Assembly: GCA_013239625.1 (NCBI GenBank)
Contig: MU054129.1
Coordinates: 426,697 to 446,696 of the forward strand
Length of the DNA stretch: 20,000 nt
Direction: 5' to 3'
Source of the DNA: Lama guanicoe
Lineage: Eukaryota
Shown here piece by piece: positions 9,927 to 20,000 of this stretch. The translations under genes were made by a program, and so were the position numbers. Every line of letters starts with the position of its first letter. Position 1 is the stretch's first letter. The notes beneath the pieces were generated by a model. That model was not told where the DNA came from. It saw only the letters and a program-made list of their open reading frames with translations, and did not search any database.

Positions 9927-11826
9927 GTGAGCACGGCACCTCCTTGGAGGCACGGGGGCAGTGTCAGCCCGGCCGCAGGGAGGGAGACCAAGTGGGCAGT
10001 CACTGGCAAGGTTCCCATCTGCTTTCCCCGCTGGGAGGAGGTGGGGGCCAACCAGAGCCTGAGTGTCTGCAGCCTTTCAGCCAGGAGCAGGCTGCAGGTG
10101 AGCGTGTGGGAGTTGTGGGGCGGGGGTGACAGGGCTGTGAACCCTGTGCACCTCAGCTCTCCTGCAACACCTGGATCTTGAACATCACTGACCAGTGAGG
10201 GGTGGGGAGCTCGACTGCCAGGTCCAGCTGCCCGCCGGGCTTGACCGGCCCAGGCCTGGGGGCAGCTCCACGCAGGGTGCAGCCCGTCTGTCACATTGGC
10301 TGGCCGGCTATCGGGCCCTGGGGCAGGGGTGCCCTGTGGGGTGCAGCCCTGCACGGCCTGAACAGCACTGGTTTGGGGCTCCCCACCCAAACAGCCTTTG
10401 TGAACTCAGAAAGCATCGTCCTTGATAAAACGGGACTGCAGGAACACTTGTCTCGTACAAAACTGCCTTTTGTCTCATATCCATTAATACTTTCCTGAGA
10501 GCTGGATGACTGCCTTGCTAAGCCCACATATGGACCACCCATGGGACACTGCCCTGATGGGCAGTCCGCTGGTGAGGTTGAGCCCCCAGGGCTGTTGCTG
10601 GTGTCTCAGGAGATGGCGAGGTGACCCATTCGACCGCTGGGAAGGGAAAGGGCTGTCGGTGAGCCTAGCTCAGGAGCCTGAGTCCATTGTCAGAAACAGA
10701 TGGTAACACTGGGGTCATAAAAGTGGTGCTCAGATCCTGGCCAGAGGGGGACATTTTTAATGTCAGAGATGAAACCATTTAGGCCAAATCCAGAGCTGGT
10801 CTGGGGCAGAGCTGTGGACATCAGGGTCGCTCCCTACATGTCCTCACCCCACTGTGTGACCAGGCCCATGGTACCTTGTGTGCCTCGTGTAGATGACACT
10901 GTGCTGCTGGGGCACCCTGCTCTTTAGTGCCTGCTGGGGGGCTACACGTGTGGAGGAACATCCCCCCCGGGAGGGTCTGAGCTCATGCTGGGTGATACTG
11001 AGGCCTGGAGGGTGGATGGGGTGGGCGGTGGACCATGAGAGGAAGCGATGGCCTCTTGGGTGGGCAGGGCCATGGGTCCCTGTGGGTCAGAACTCAGGGC
11101 CGACCTGTTGGGATGAGGGGTTTGAAACCTCTTAAGTCTCTGACTTTGTCCCTCTCGGGGTTGTTTTGGCTTTTCCACGTCTTCTGTGTGACCACCCATT
11201 CCAGAGTCAGCTCGGGGAGTCCTGACTGGGTCAGCACTGACTGTCGGACTGAGTCAGGGGACATTGACTTTCAATCAAGGCTTCATGCCTTGTGTCTTTT
11301 CCTGCCATATCACAATGTCAGGGCCTCCAGGACAGCAGTGGAGATGCGCTGTCTTGTGCAGGAGCCCTGCGGGAAGCTGTGCAGGTGTCATCGCCCAGTA
11401 GGAGTTTAGCTGCAGGGCTCTGGTTTAGTCCTTTATCAGATTAAGTACACTCCCCTCTGTGCCCATGAAGTGAGTTTTATCAATTACCTTTCCTACCTCT
11501 GCTGGCCATGATGCCTCCTCAGAAGATGCAGGCAAACCTGGGAGACATGGCGGGTTTGGCTCCAGATCACCGCAAAGAAGCGAGCCCCCTGACTTGTTTG
11601 GTTTCCCAGGGCATGCAAAGTTATGTTTACACTAGACTGTAGTGTGTTAAGTGCATAATAGCATTATGTCTTAAAGAACGTACACACCGTAATTAAAAAA
11701 CCCTTCATTGCTGAAACATACCAACCAACATCTGAGCCTTCAGCAAGTTGTGACCTTTTGGCATAGTGACATCCAAGACCACTGCTCACAGGTCACCCTA
11801 ACAAATATAATAATGAAGTTTAAAAT

Positions 11827-11975
11827 GGGGACAGGGTGTAGCTCAGTGGTAGAGTGTGCTAAGCATGCACGATGTCCTGGGTTCAATCCCCAGTAACTCC
11901 ATCTAAAAACAAAGTAAATAATTACTCTCTCCTTGGCTAAGTAAATAAATAAATAATTTTTTAATTAAAAAAAGA
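11827..11975 (+). mobile_element. tRNA-Ala-derived SINE (Vic-1-like)
   Basis: ggggacagggtgtagctcagtggtagagtgtg...gtcctgggttcaatccccagta head with AAAT tail. Confidence 0.92.
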
Positions 11976-11995
11976 GAAAAGGGTGAAAAAATTAA

Positions 11996-12180
11996 GGGAG
12001 GAAGGTACAGCTCAAATGATAAAGTGTGTGCTTAGCATGCACGAGGTCCTGGGTTCAATCCCCAGTACTGCCATTACAAATAAATAGATAGGTAGATAAA
12101 CAAATAAGTAGATAAAGAAGTAAATCCAAGCCCCCAAAGCAAAAACAAAAATAATATAAGGGGAAAAAAAACTAAAAAAA
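11996..12180 (+). mobile_element. tRNA-Ala-derived SINE (Vic-1-like), adjacent to the previous copy
   Basis: gggaggaaggtacagctcaaatg...gtgcttagcatgcacgaggtcctgggttcaatccccagtac head with A-rich tail. Confidence 0.92.
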
Positions 12181-12338
12181 GTTTTTAAATTTAAACTATT
12201 CTAAGAATGACCACGATGTGACACAGAGGCGGGAAGTGAGCAGATGCTGTTGGGGAAATGGCGCCTGTAGACTTGCTCGATGCGGGGTCGCCACAAACTT
12301 CAATGTGCAAAACACACAGTGTCTGCAAAGCACAGTAA

Positions 12339-12752
<414 letters not shown>

Positions 12753-13214
12753 TAATAAGGGAAGGGGAGCAAGGGTTTTCTTCACCACTATTTAGACTTT
12801 AATTTGAATTTGTTTCCTACAATTGAAAACAGAAAAACATTCAAATTAAAAGTAAGCTTTTTTTTCCTATTTGGAATTATGATTTTTAAGCTTTAACAAA
12901 TCATGGCATCTTTTTTTGGGGGGGGGTTCCTATGCTATTTTTTCTCTACATTTGATGTTATATTTCTGTCTATATATATTTCTAAAAAATACTACTGCAT
13001 TTTTTCTATTTGTTCTATTCAAAACCCATTTTATTAAATAAAATTGGAAATTTTGAAAAATCATTACAAAAGGAAAACCAATATGAAATGGAGCTCATCA
13101 CTAAAGAATGGCTTACTCTGTGAGCATCGCCAGAATGTTTTATTATACAGTATTTGCTGTATCTAAATTAATGTATGTGACACACACGTAAGATGTGGAG
13201 CATCGTTGCCTGGG

Positions 13215-13370
13215 AGCGCTGTCTGTGATAGAGAGTTCGGAGCTGAGTCTGTTGTGCCCTCGAAGTGCGGCTCCATGTGACGGAAGAACTGATTTTTAAA
13301 TTTTATTGAATTTTAATTATTTTACATTTAAATAGATGCATGTGCCCCATCCCTGCTGTGTGGAGAGCCT
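13215..13370 (+). mobile_element. MER3-like hAT-Charlie relic
   Basis: gaagaactgatttttaaattttattgaattttaattattttacatttaaatag..catgtg matches the MER3 core as remembered. Confidence 0.7.
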
Positions 13371-13699
13371 GATAAAGCAGACACTAGGAGCCCCTCATCA
13401 CTAAGAAATCACTTGTGGGACACCCACTTTCTCCACTGATTGCCTCTGGTATCATTTAGCCTGTCCCTGTGTCCCCTGTAGGTCATGTCCACTGACAGCT
13501 CTGAACTGAGGTCCTAGTGAGTGTGACATGGGCTCTCATGGGCCTCACTCTACGTCTCCCTCAGGACTTAGGATTGGGGCATCTTCCCTGCTGTTAAATG
13601 CTCCCTCCGTGTCATGTCATGTGTCCATTATACTATAATTTGTGTACCTTCTGTGTTGCATTTGATGCACACACCTCTCCTTGTTTGTGGCTTGAGTTT

Positions 13700-14310
13700 T
13701 CACTCCGGTAGTGGTGGTATTTGATAAACTGATACTCTTTGAATGTAGTCACTTTTTTTTTTCATGGTTAACACATTTTGTGTCTCTTAAAAGAAGTGCT
13801 TTGCTACCTAGGAGCCAAGGAGATATTCCTGCATATTTCCATCAATACGTTGCAGGTTTTGCTTTCTACGTTTCAGTTCTAATCCCTCTGGGGTTGGTTT
13901 TGGTGTCCGATATGAGATGTGGAGGAAGTTTCTTTGTCCCTCCCTGGGGGGGGGGGGTGACCAGTCGTCCTTCCTCGAGTGGCTGAAGGACAATGCCTCT
14001 CCTTGCTGGTCCCCAGGGTCACTCTGTCCCCCTGCAGCTCCCAGTGGACATGCTGCTCTGTCTCCTGGCTTTCTTCCAGGTCCCACCAGTCTGTGCATCT
14101 GTCCCTGGCTTCCAACTCATAGTCTTAAGCATTGTAGCTCCAACTTCAGTCTTGACGCCTGACAGGACGTGTTCCTGACCTTATGTCTTCAAGCACCTTC
14201 TGCTTCTTAGTGGATCCTGGTTTTGCTTTGGAAGGATTAGAATCAGCTTGTCAAATGGATTAAAAAGCATACTGGGATTTCAGTGGGAATTGCATTGCCT
14301 TTCTAGACCC
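13700..14310 (-). mobile_element. Ancient L1 (L1M/L1ME) ORF2 fragment
   Basis: T-rich; ttttgtgtctcttaaaagaagtgctttgctaccta, ttagaatcagcttgtcaa and gggattt..gtgggaattgcattg are typical of antisense old L1 ORF2. Confidence 0.65.
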
Positions 14311-14370
14311 ATAAAGGGAGGTCTTTGCTCTGTTGCTGCTTTGGTGCTTATTTGGCGGGGAGAGATTAGG

Positions 14371-14468
14371 TTTATTTATGTATTTTTAGAGGCGGTGCTG
14401 GGGATTGAACCCAGGGCCATGCGCATGCTGAGCACACGCTCTACAACTTGAGCTAACCCCTCTCTTCC
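14371..14468 (-). mobile_element. tRNA-Ala-derived SINE (Vic-1-like), antisense
   Basis: gaggcggtgctggggattgaacccagggcc..gcgcatgctgagcacacgctctac..ttgagcta is the reverse complement of the SINE head, preceded by a TTTA tail. Confidence 0.92.
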
Positions 14469-15285
14469 TGCTCTGCTGCTTCTTAAAGCAGTCTCTTGTC
14501 TCCAGGACCCTGGCAGCTTGGCAGGGGCAGGGTTGTGTTTTGCAATGACCGAGACCAGGGTGCCCTGTACGCTGTGCTGGGCATGACAGTCAGACTGCCG
14601 GGCCTGTAGGTGCTGGCTGTGCCACGGGACTGGCCGCCTCACACCTGTGTCTGCAAAAATCAAAGTGTGCTGGGTACAACCTCTGGTCAGGATCTTCCAG
14701 CTTTCCTTCTCCTGCTCTGCTCCAAGGAGACCCTTTCCAGAGAGAGGGGACCCCCAGGCCCTCATTGTCCTCCCCCCTGTGACTCGCATGGCCACCCTGA
14801 CCTGCAGCGCCGGTGGCGGGGAGGTGGCGTGTGGCTCCCTGAGGAGCTGGTGTCCAGGGCAGCCTTGCCCCAGGAACAGCTGAGGGAGAGCTGAATCTTC
14901 ACCCTAAATACATGTGAATGTTTTACAACCAAATAAGTTAGGGAATATTCTTTTAAATAGTAATCACTTATCATGAAATTGAAATGTTTAATACAGGAAA
15001 GCTCCCCTCACGTGTGGCTTTTTCTGAACACACACATAAAGCACAGCCTTGTCCATGTGTGTCCAGGCCTGAAGGAGCCCCTTGGTCGCTGGCTCCAGGG
15101 CATGGTGGGGGCCGCCCTGTGGGATTGATCGGGCTGGTGGCGGGGACCCCTTAGAGGCTGCTCTCTCTTCTGGTCCTGCTGCCCTTTTAGGAAATAAGAT
15201 TAACTGTCAAAAGCTTTTCCTTTACAAAATAGAAAATGTTAAGGATGCCTTGTATGAACAAAAAATAATTATGGAACCAAACCCC

Positions 15286-15510
15286 TAAATTAGGAGTTTG
15301 GTACTAACAGATGCACACGGCTACATCTAAAATACATAACCAACAAGGGCCTACCGTACAGCACAGGTGACTGTATTCAGTCTCTTGTAATAACCAATAA
15401 TGGAAAAGAATCTGAAAAAGAAGAGAGATATACATGTATAACTGAGTCACTCTGCTATACACATGAAACTAATGCAACTTGTAAATCACTACACTTTAAT
15501 TTTTTAAAAA
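15286..15510 (+). mobile_element. L1 3' UTR terminal fragment (artiodactyl type)
   Basis: taggagtttgg.actaacagatgcacac...gtacagcacagg.gact.tattcag..tcttgtaataacc...gtataactgagtcact..gct.tacac.tgaaactaa, then an A/T tail. Confidence 0.88.
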
Positions 15511-15659
15511 TTCTAGTTTTCAGATGATTGATTTTCTTGAGCAAATGTTTCCTTGCTGACTTTTCATGTTCTGTCTGAAATAACTGAAGATGGGTTGGGT
15601 TCACTGGTGATTAACCCACAAATGGGTAACCTTGATGATAAAATAATCTTAGTACATCT

Positions 15660-15720
15660 CATTACAGTATAATGTAATGTAATATAGCACAATAATGTAA
15701 TACAATAAAATAATTATATT
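15660..15720. repeat. AT-rich degenerate (AATGT)n repeat
   Basis: gtataatgtaatgtaatatagcacaataatgtaatacaataaaataat. Confidence 0.6.
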
Positions 15721-15881
15721 CTGTTCCACATGAGAAAAATATAATTATGGAACCACAGGAGTTTGAAGCTGGAGGGGCAGAACTCATCTCTCATCAGCTG
15801 AAAGGAGTTGTCAGGGCAACACTTGGACATTTGTTGGCTTCTGGAAGGAGTGCGATCATGTGTTAGACACTTCGGAAAAGA

Positions 15882-16036
15882 GGGGGGAGGATATAGCACA
15901 GTGGTAGAGTGGGTGCTTAGCATGCATGAGGTCCTGGGTTCAGTCCCCAGTACCTCCAGTAAAATAAATAAACCTAATTATCTCCCCACAATAAATAAAT
16001 AAATAAAAATAGTAATGAAAAATACTTCAAAAAAAA
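15882..16036 (+). mobile_element. tRNA-Ala-derived SINE (Vic-1-like)
   Basis: SINE head with AAAT tail. 13-bp target-site duplication acttcggaaaaga (15869-15881) and actttggaaaaga (16037-16049), differing by one CpG transition. Confidence 0.95.
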
Positions 16037-17029
16037 ACTTTGGAAAAGAAAAATCTGGGACCGATGAGATCCTTACCTGCCCAGACCCTTAAATTCTCAT
16101 TGTCTATCCCTGGACACAAGCACAGCCTTTCCGAGGTGTCTGGGACTCTCTAAGGCCCCCCAGCCCTGGGAGACCGGCCCCCAAAGTGGATGGTCCTTCC
16201 AGCTCTCAGGAGGTGGATGAGGGCTGGGCCCCGCTGCCCCACTGACACACATCCTTGGTGTCTCCTTCCTTGTGACACCTGGGTCTCGGTCTCAAGTCTA
16301 CACTGTGTAATGGCTCCCCTGAGTGAAGAATGTAGCACTGGATATCTAGAAAATATGTTATGAATAGCTGTCAGTTGATCTTAAAGCTTTGACTTATGAG
16401 TGGATGATTGCTTCTGAAACATAGATAAAAAGACGGCCTGCAGCTAAGCCAAGCGCAGCCTCCTCAGCTCCAGCCTGGAATTCTGCACTGTTGCTTTGGT
16501 CCTTTTAGAAATAGGGGTAATGTCTTCCAGTCGGTCCACCGGGTGGACTTCGGAAGGTGGAAGATGCCTGGCTCCTCGCACTACATCCCATCACATCCAG
16601 ACTCCAGACACTGACCTCTCTTTGGTGGTTATGTTCTTGTCTCCAAGGAAAGTGGTGGCAAAGTACGTTTGGCATCCATGTGGGCTCCTACTAATATAGA
16701 TGGAGATGTTAAGGGTGGATGTGGCCTTCAAACTGCCACAAATTAGGCAAATGGTTTCACCATCCCCCAGCTGCTGGGGACACCGTGCCTGTGGTGAGGA
16801 CCCAGGGTGCTGGTGGCCCTGGCTGGCACCTGGAAGTAGTTCAATAACCAAAAATGTTGATCTTGCTCTGAATCTCTGCTTTCTGGAGAAGGGTTGTTTC
16901 ATTCTGTTTTTCAAATTTTGCCATCTAAACCCAACCTGAAATTTTTGGTGATGTTGTATATTCTTTTTAATTTGTATGTGTGTATACTTGTTAAACTTTT
17001 TGTTTTACAATAGTTTTACACTGCTTTGT

Positions 17030-17450
17030 TTTGTTTTCTTTTTTAATTGATGTATACTTAGTTACACTGTGTCAATGTCTCGTGTACAGCATAGTGTCCC
17101 AGTCATGCATTACATATATATATTTATTTTTATATTCTCTTTTATTAAAGGTTATTAGAAGATATTGAGTATAATTACTTGTGCTGTACAGAAATTTGTT
17201 AATCTATTTTTATATATAGTTAATATTTGCAAATCTCAAACTTCTGAATTTATCCCTTCTCAGCCCCTATTTCCCCATCACCAGTAATAGAAGATTGTTT
17301 ACTAACTCTGTGAGACTGTTTCTGTTTTGTAGATGAGTTCATGAGTGTCTTTTTTAGATTCCGCATATGAATGATACATGGTGTTTTTCTTTCTCTTTCT
17401 GGATTTTTTCACTTAAAATGACGCTCTCCAAATCCACCCACATTGCTGCA
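17030..17450 (-). mobile_element. 5'-truncated L1 3' end
   Basis: T-rich tail, then gtgtacagcatagtg..ccagtcatgcat, tttagattccgcatatgaatgata, ccacccacattgctgca; homologous to the element at 7368-8088. Confidence 0.9.
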
Positions 17451-18689
17451 CGCTTGTTTCTAATGCTGACTTTTATAGCCGCTCACCGTCTTTCTGTGGT
17501 TTGGTTTGGAAGCAAAAATCTGAGCTCATTGGCTGTGGCAGCAGGAAGCAGCATAGATGGCTGGATGGCCCGCCTGGAGGGGCAATGCTGGTAGGCAGGT
17601 GCTTTGCCACCAGTAGGACCCCTGTCTGTGTGGCACTGTCCCCGCGATGCCACCCATTGGCCGGGCCACTTCCTTGCACTCAGTCACCTTCCAAATGCCC
17701 TCCTGCCCTGCTGGCGCAGGCTGGCCGATCACCCGTCTCCACTTTGCGGTAGACAGTAAATATGTCCTGGAGATCACAGTACATGAGTGGTGACATTCCT
17801 CTATCTTTCTGTAGATGCATAGGCTCCCACAGACACCACCCTCGTTCCTGTTTGCAAGTGGTGCCTCAACATCCGAAGCTCTCCTTCCTGAGCATGTCCC
17901 CCCAACATACACGCACTCCTACTGCGGGAGGCCTGGGAACAGCTCGTGTGTGTGCTGGCTCCGAGTGCGCCTGTCACATGTGTTCTGCGCACAGGATTCA
18001 GGCACAGGTGACCAGGAGCTTGGGGGCTCAGCCTCCCTCCTGGGGGTTCTGGCGAACCCGGGGATGGCCGCTGACCACTCCATTAGGTGTCTGTTAGGTG
18101 ACAACAGGACCCTCACCTGTTGGGGACAGAAAGCCTTCTCTCCCTCCTCTTGGTCTTAGCTTTGTCACCTTGGGGGAGCTCCTCAAGGGAAACTCTTGGC
18201 AGTCATATGCTCTGACTCTCTGATTTCTGCTTAATAACCTGCATTATGGCTTCAGGTTAGGTGGAGAGTAGGAGATGCAGGAACTCATGCTCATCTTCTG
18301 CCCTGAGGTGAAGGCACCAGTCGGGGGAGCCCTCTCCTGTTTGTGGGCCCCAGACTCGGGAAGGGCGCCCTGTGCTTGACCATCTGTGGATGCACGGTGG
18401 GGCTTTGGGAGTTCCGTCACCCCCTGTGGTGCTGGAAGTAAATTGTTCTCCACATTGGGTTCTCCTGGAGAGTGGATGGGCCTTGCATGGTGTAGGGTGT
18501 CATCACCTCTCTAAAGCAGCTGGTGACCCAGCAGCACGCTCAGGGCCACCGCTCAGAAATTTGTCTGGGGCTCTGGGGACACTGGTGCCATCCCTTCCTC
18601 CTGCCTCCTGCCCTGTTTGCACAGGAAGTACCTTCTTTCTGCCTGTGCAGGGACGGCTGTCAGGCCATCAGTGCTGGAAAGCAAAGGCC

Positions 18690-18850
18690 ACGTTCAAGGC
18701 TGGGTTTGTACGTGTCCACATTGAAATTAGTCAAAAGTAAGTAAACTGAAAATTCAGTTCCTCAGCAACATTCCAAGGACTTGATTACCGCAGGTGGCCA
18801 GCAGCTACCTCGGTGGACAGCAGAGAACATTTCCACTAGCCCTGAGACTC
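18690..18850 (-). mobile_element. MER3-like relic, antisense
   Basis: aaaattcagttcctcag..acattccaag.gact...gtggccagcagctacc...ggacagcagagaacatttcca is the reverse complement of MER3 motifs. Confidence 0.7.
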
Positions 18851-18961
18851 CATTTATTTTACACTAAGTGACAAAGATATGCCTTGTTTTCAGCACTGAT
18901 TTCTTTGTCCATCTTTGCTGTGAGATAAACTACCTCATGTGACCTTTTCTCTTTGTTCTGG

Positions 18962-19031
18962 TCTTTAGAAGTCTGTGACCTGATGTGTGCAGCCCCTTTC
19001 CAGAACAGCTTGCCAAGAGTTCACATGAGAG
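18962..19031 (+). pseudogene. CYFIP1: CYFIP1 pseudo-exon ([24 protein letters not shown])
   Basis: Reads SLE-VCDLMCAAPFQNSLPRVHMR with one Glu codon deleted. Polypyrimidine tract ends in tctGG (AG lost). GTGAGC donor at 19032. Confidence 0.92.
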
Positions 19032-19129
19032 GTGAGCCAGTGTCCTCTGACTAGTGTAGGGATGCACATCTGTGTGGCCGGAGGTCTCATGGCATTTTGT
19101 TTTGAGTTTAGTGCCTGTTCATTGGGATA

Positions 19130-19480
19130 ATGGGTAATTTAATATAGTTAACTGAGTATTGAATCACTGAAGTATTTAGGGCTGAAATGATGTCTTGGAT
19201 GTGCATCAGAAAAGCTTGGGTAGGGGGAGAGGGTACAGCTCAGTGGTAGAGCGCATGCCTCATCTACACAATGTTCTGGCTACAATCCCCAGTATCTCCA
19301 TTAAAATAAAAAAGCCTTATTAACACCCCCCACAAAAAAAAAAACCCAGAATAGCATAAGAGAAGGGATGTTGAGTATCTGTCCAACAAGAGTGGCAGGA
19401 GCTCGTGATCCTTGCAGCAGATGGGCACAGAGGGTTTACTGTCCTATGCTCTGCTTTTGATTACTTTGGATTTTTCAATA
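19130..19480 (+). mobile_element. Ancient L1 (L1MC/MD-like) 3' end, interrupted by a SINE
   Basis: actgaagtatttagggctgaaatgatgtcttggat and gatgggcacagagggtttactgt.ctat.ctct.ctttt resemble old L1 3' UTR termini. Confidence 0.5.
19223..19345 (+). mobile_element. tRNA-Ala-derived SINE (Vic-1-like), diverged
   Basis: gggggagagggtacagctcagtggtagagcgcatgc...caatccccagtatctccattaaaataaa, then ccccccac and a poly-A tail. Confidence 0.9.
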
Positions 19481-19542
19481 CATTGTTGGTTGGATTTGCA
19501 TTACTTCAATTATTAGCAAAGTTGAGCATCTTTTCTTTTTTT

Positions 19543-19874
19543 NNNNNNNNNNNNNNNNNNNNNNNNNNNNNNNNNNNNNNNNNNNNNNNNNNNNNNNNNN
19601 NNNNNNNNNNNNNNNNNNNNNNNNNNNNNNNNNNNNNNNNNNNNNNNNNNNNNNNNNNNNNNNNNNNNNNNNNNNNNNNNNNNNNNNNNNNNNNNNNNNN
19701 NNNNNNNNNNNNNNNNNNNNNNNNNNNNNNNNNNNNNNNNNNNNNNNNNNNNNNNNNNNNNNNNNNNNNNNNNNNNNNNNNNNNNNNNNNNNNNNNNNNN
19801 NNNNNNNNNNNNNNNNNNNNNNNNNNNNNNNNNNNNNNNNNNNNNNNNNNNNNNNNNNNNNNNNNNNNNNNNNN
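19543..19874. other. Assembly gap (332 N)
   Basis: Run of N, preceded by a T-run and followed by antisense L1 sequence. Confidence 0.99.
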
Positions 19875-20000
19875 TACTTCACTTGACATTCTCCAGGAGC
19901 ATCCATGTTGCTGCAAATGGCATTATGTTGTCAGTTTTTATGGCTGAGTAGTATTCCATTGTATAAATATACCACCTCTTCTTTATCCAGTCACGTCACC
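19875..20000 (-). mobile_element. Young LINE-1, ORF2 C-terminal part, continues past the window end
   Basis: catccatgttgctgcaaatggcattatg...tttttatggctgagtagtattccattgtataaatataccac.tcttctttatccagtca. Confidence 0.92.

Noticed and set aside
4867..10390. Long minus-strand ORFs 4867..5415 (182 aa) and 9779..10390 (203 aa)
   Set aside because: No recognisable domain or exon structure; consistent with chance ORFs in GC-rich intronic DNA.
19405..19947. ORFs spanning the N run
   Set aside because: Artefacts of translating the assembly gap.

Overview
Mammalian genomic DNA, very likely camelid: it carries seven copies of a tRNA-Ala-derived SINE resembling the camelid Vic-1 family, plus artiodactyl-type L1 3' ends. 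No intact protein-coding gene is present. The main content is an unprocessed (intron-containing) CYFIP1 pseudogene on the + strand. Five degenerate exon remnants lie in the correct order (about 2242-2385, 9484-9625, 9838-9926, 12532-12662, 18962-19031), with frameshifts, an internal deletion, two AG>GG acceptor changes, and one expected exon not found. The most unusual signal is that some of these exons have decayed almost only by A/T>G/C changes, most extremely inside a CpG island at about 2020-2620. This is the signature expected from GC-biased gene conversion and the opposite of normal pseudogene decay. The rest is interspersed repeats (L1 of several ages, MER33, MER3, a Tigger1 derivative, an MLT1 LTR), simple repeats and a 332-N assembly gap. 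All reference protein and repeat comparisons were made from memory, not by search.
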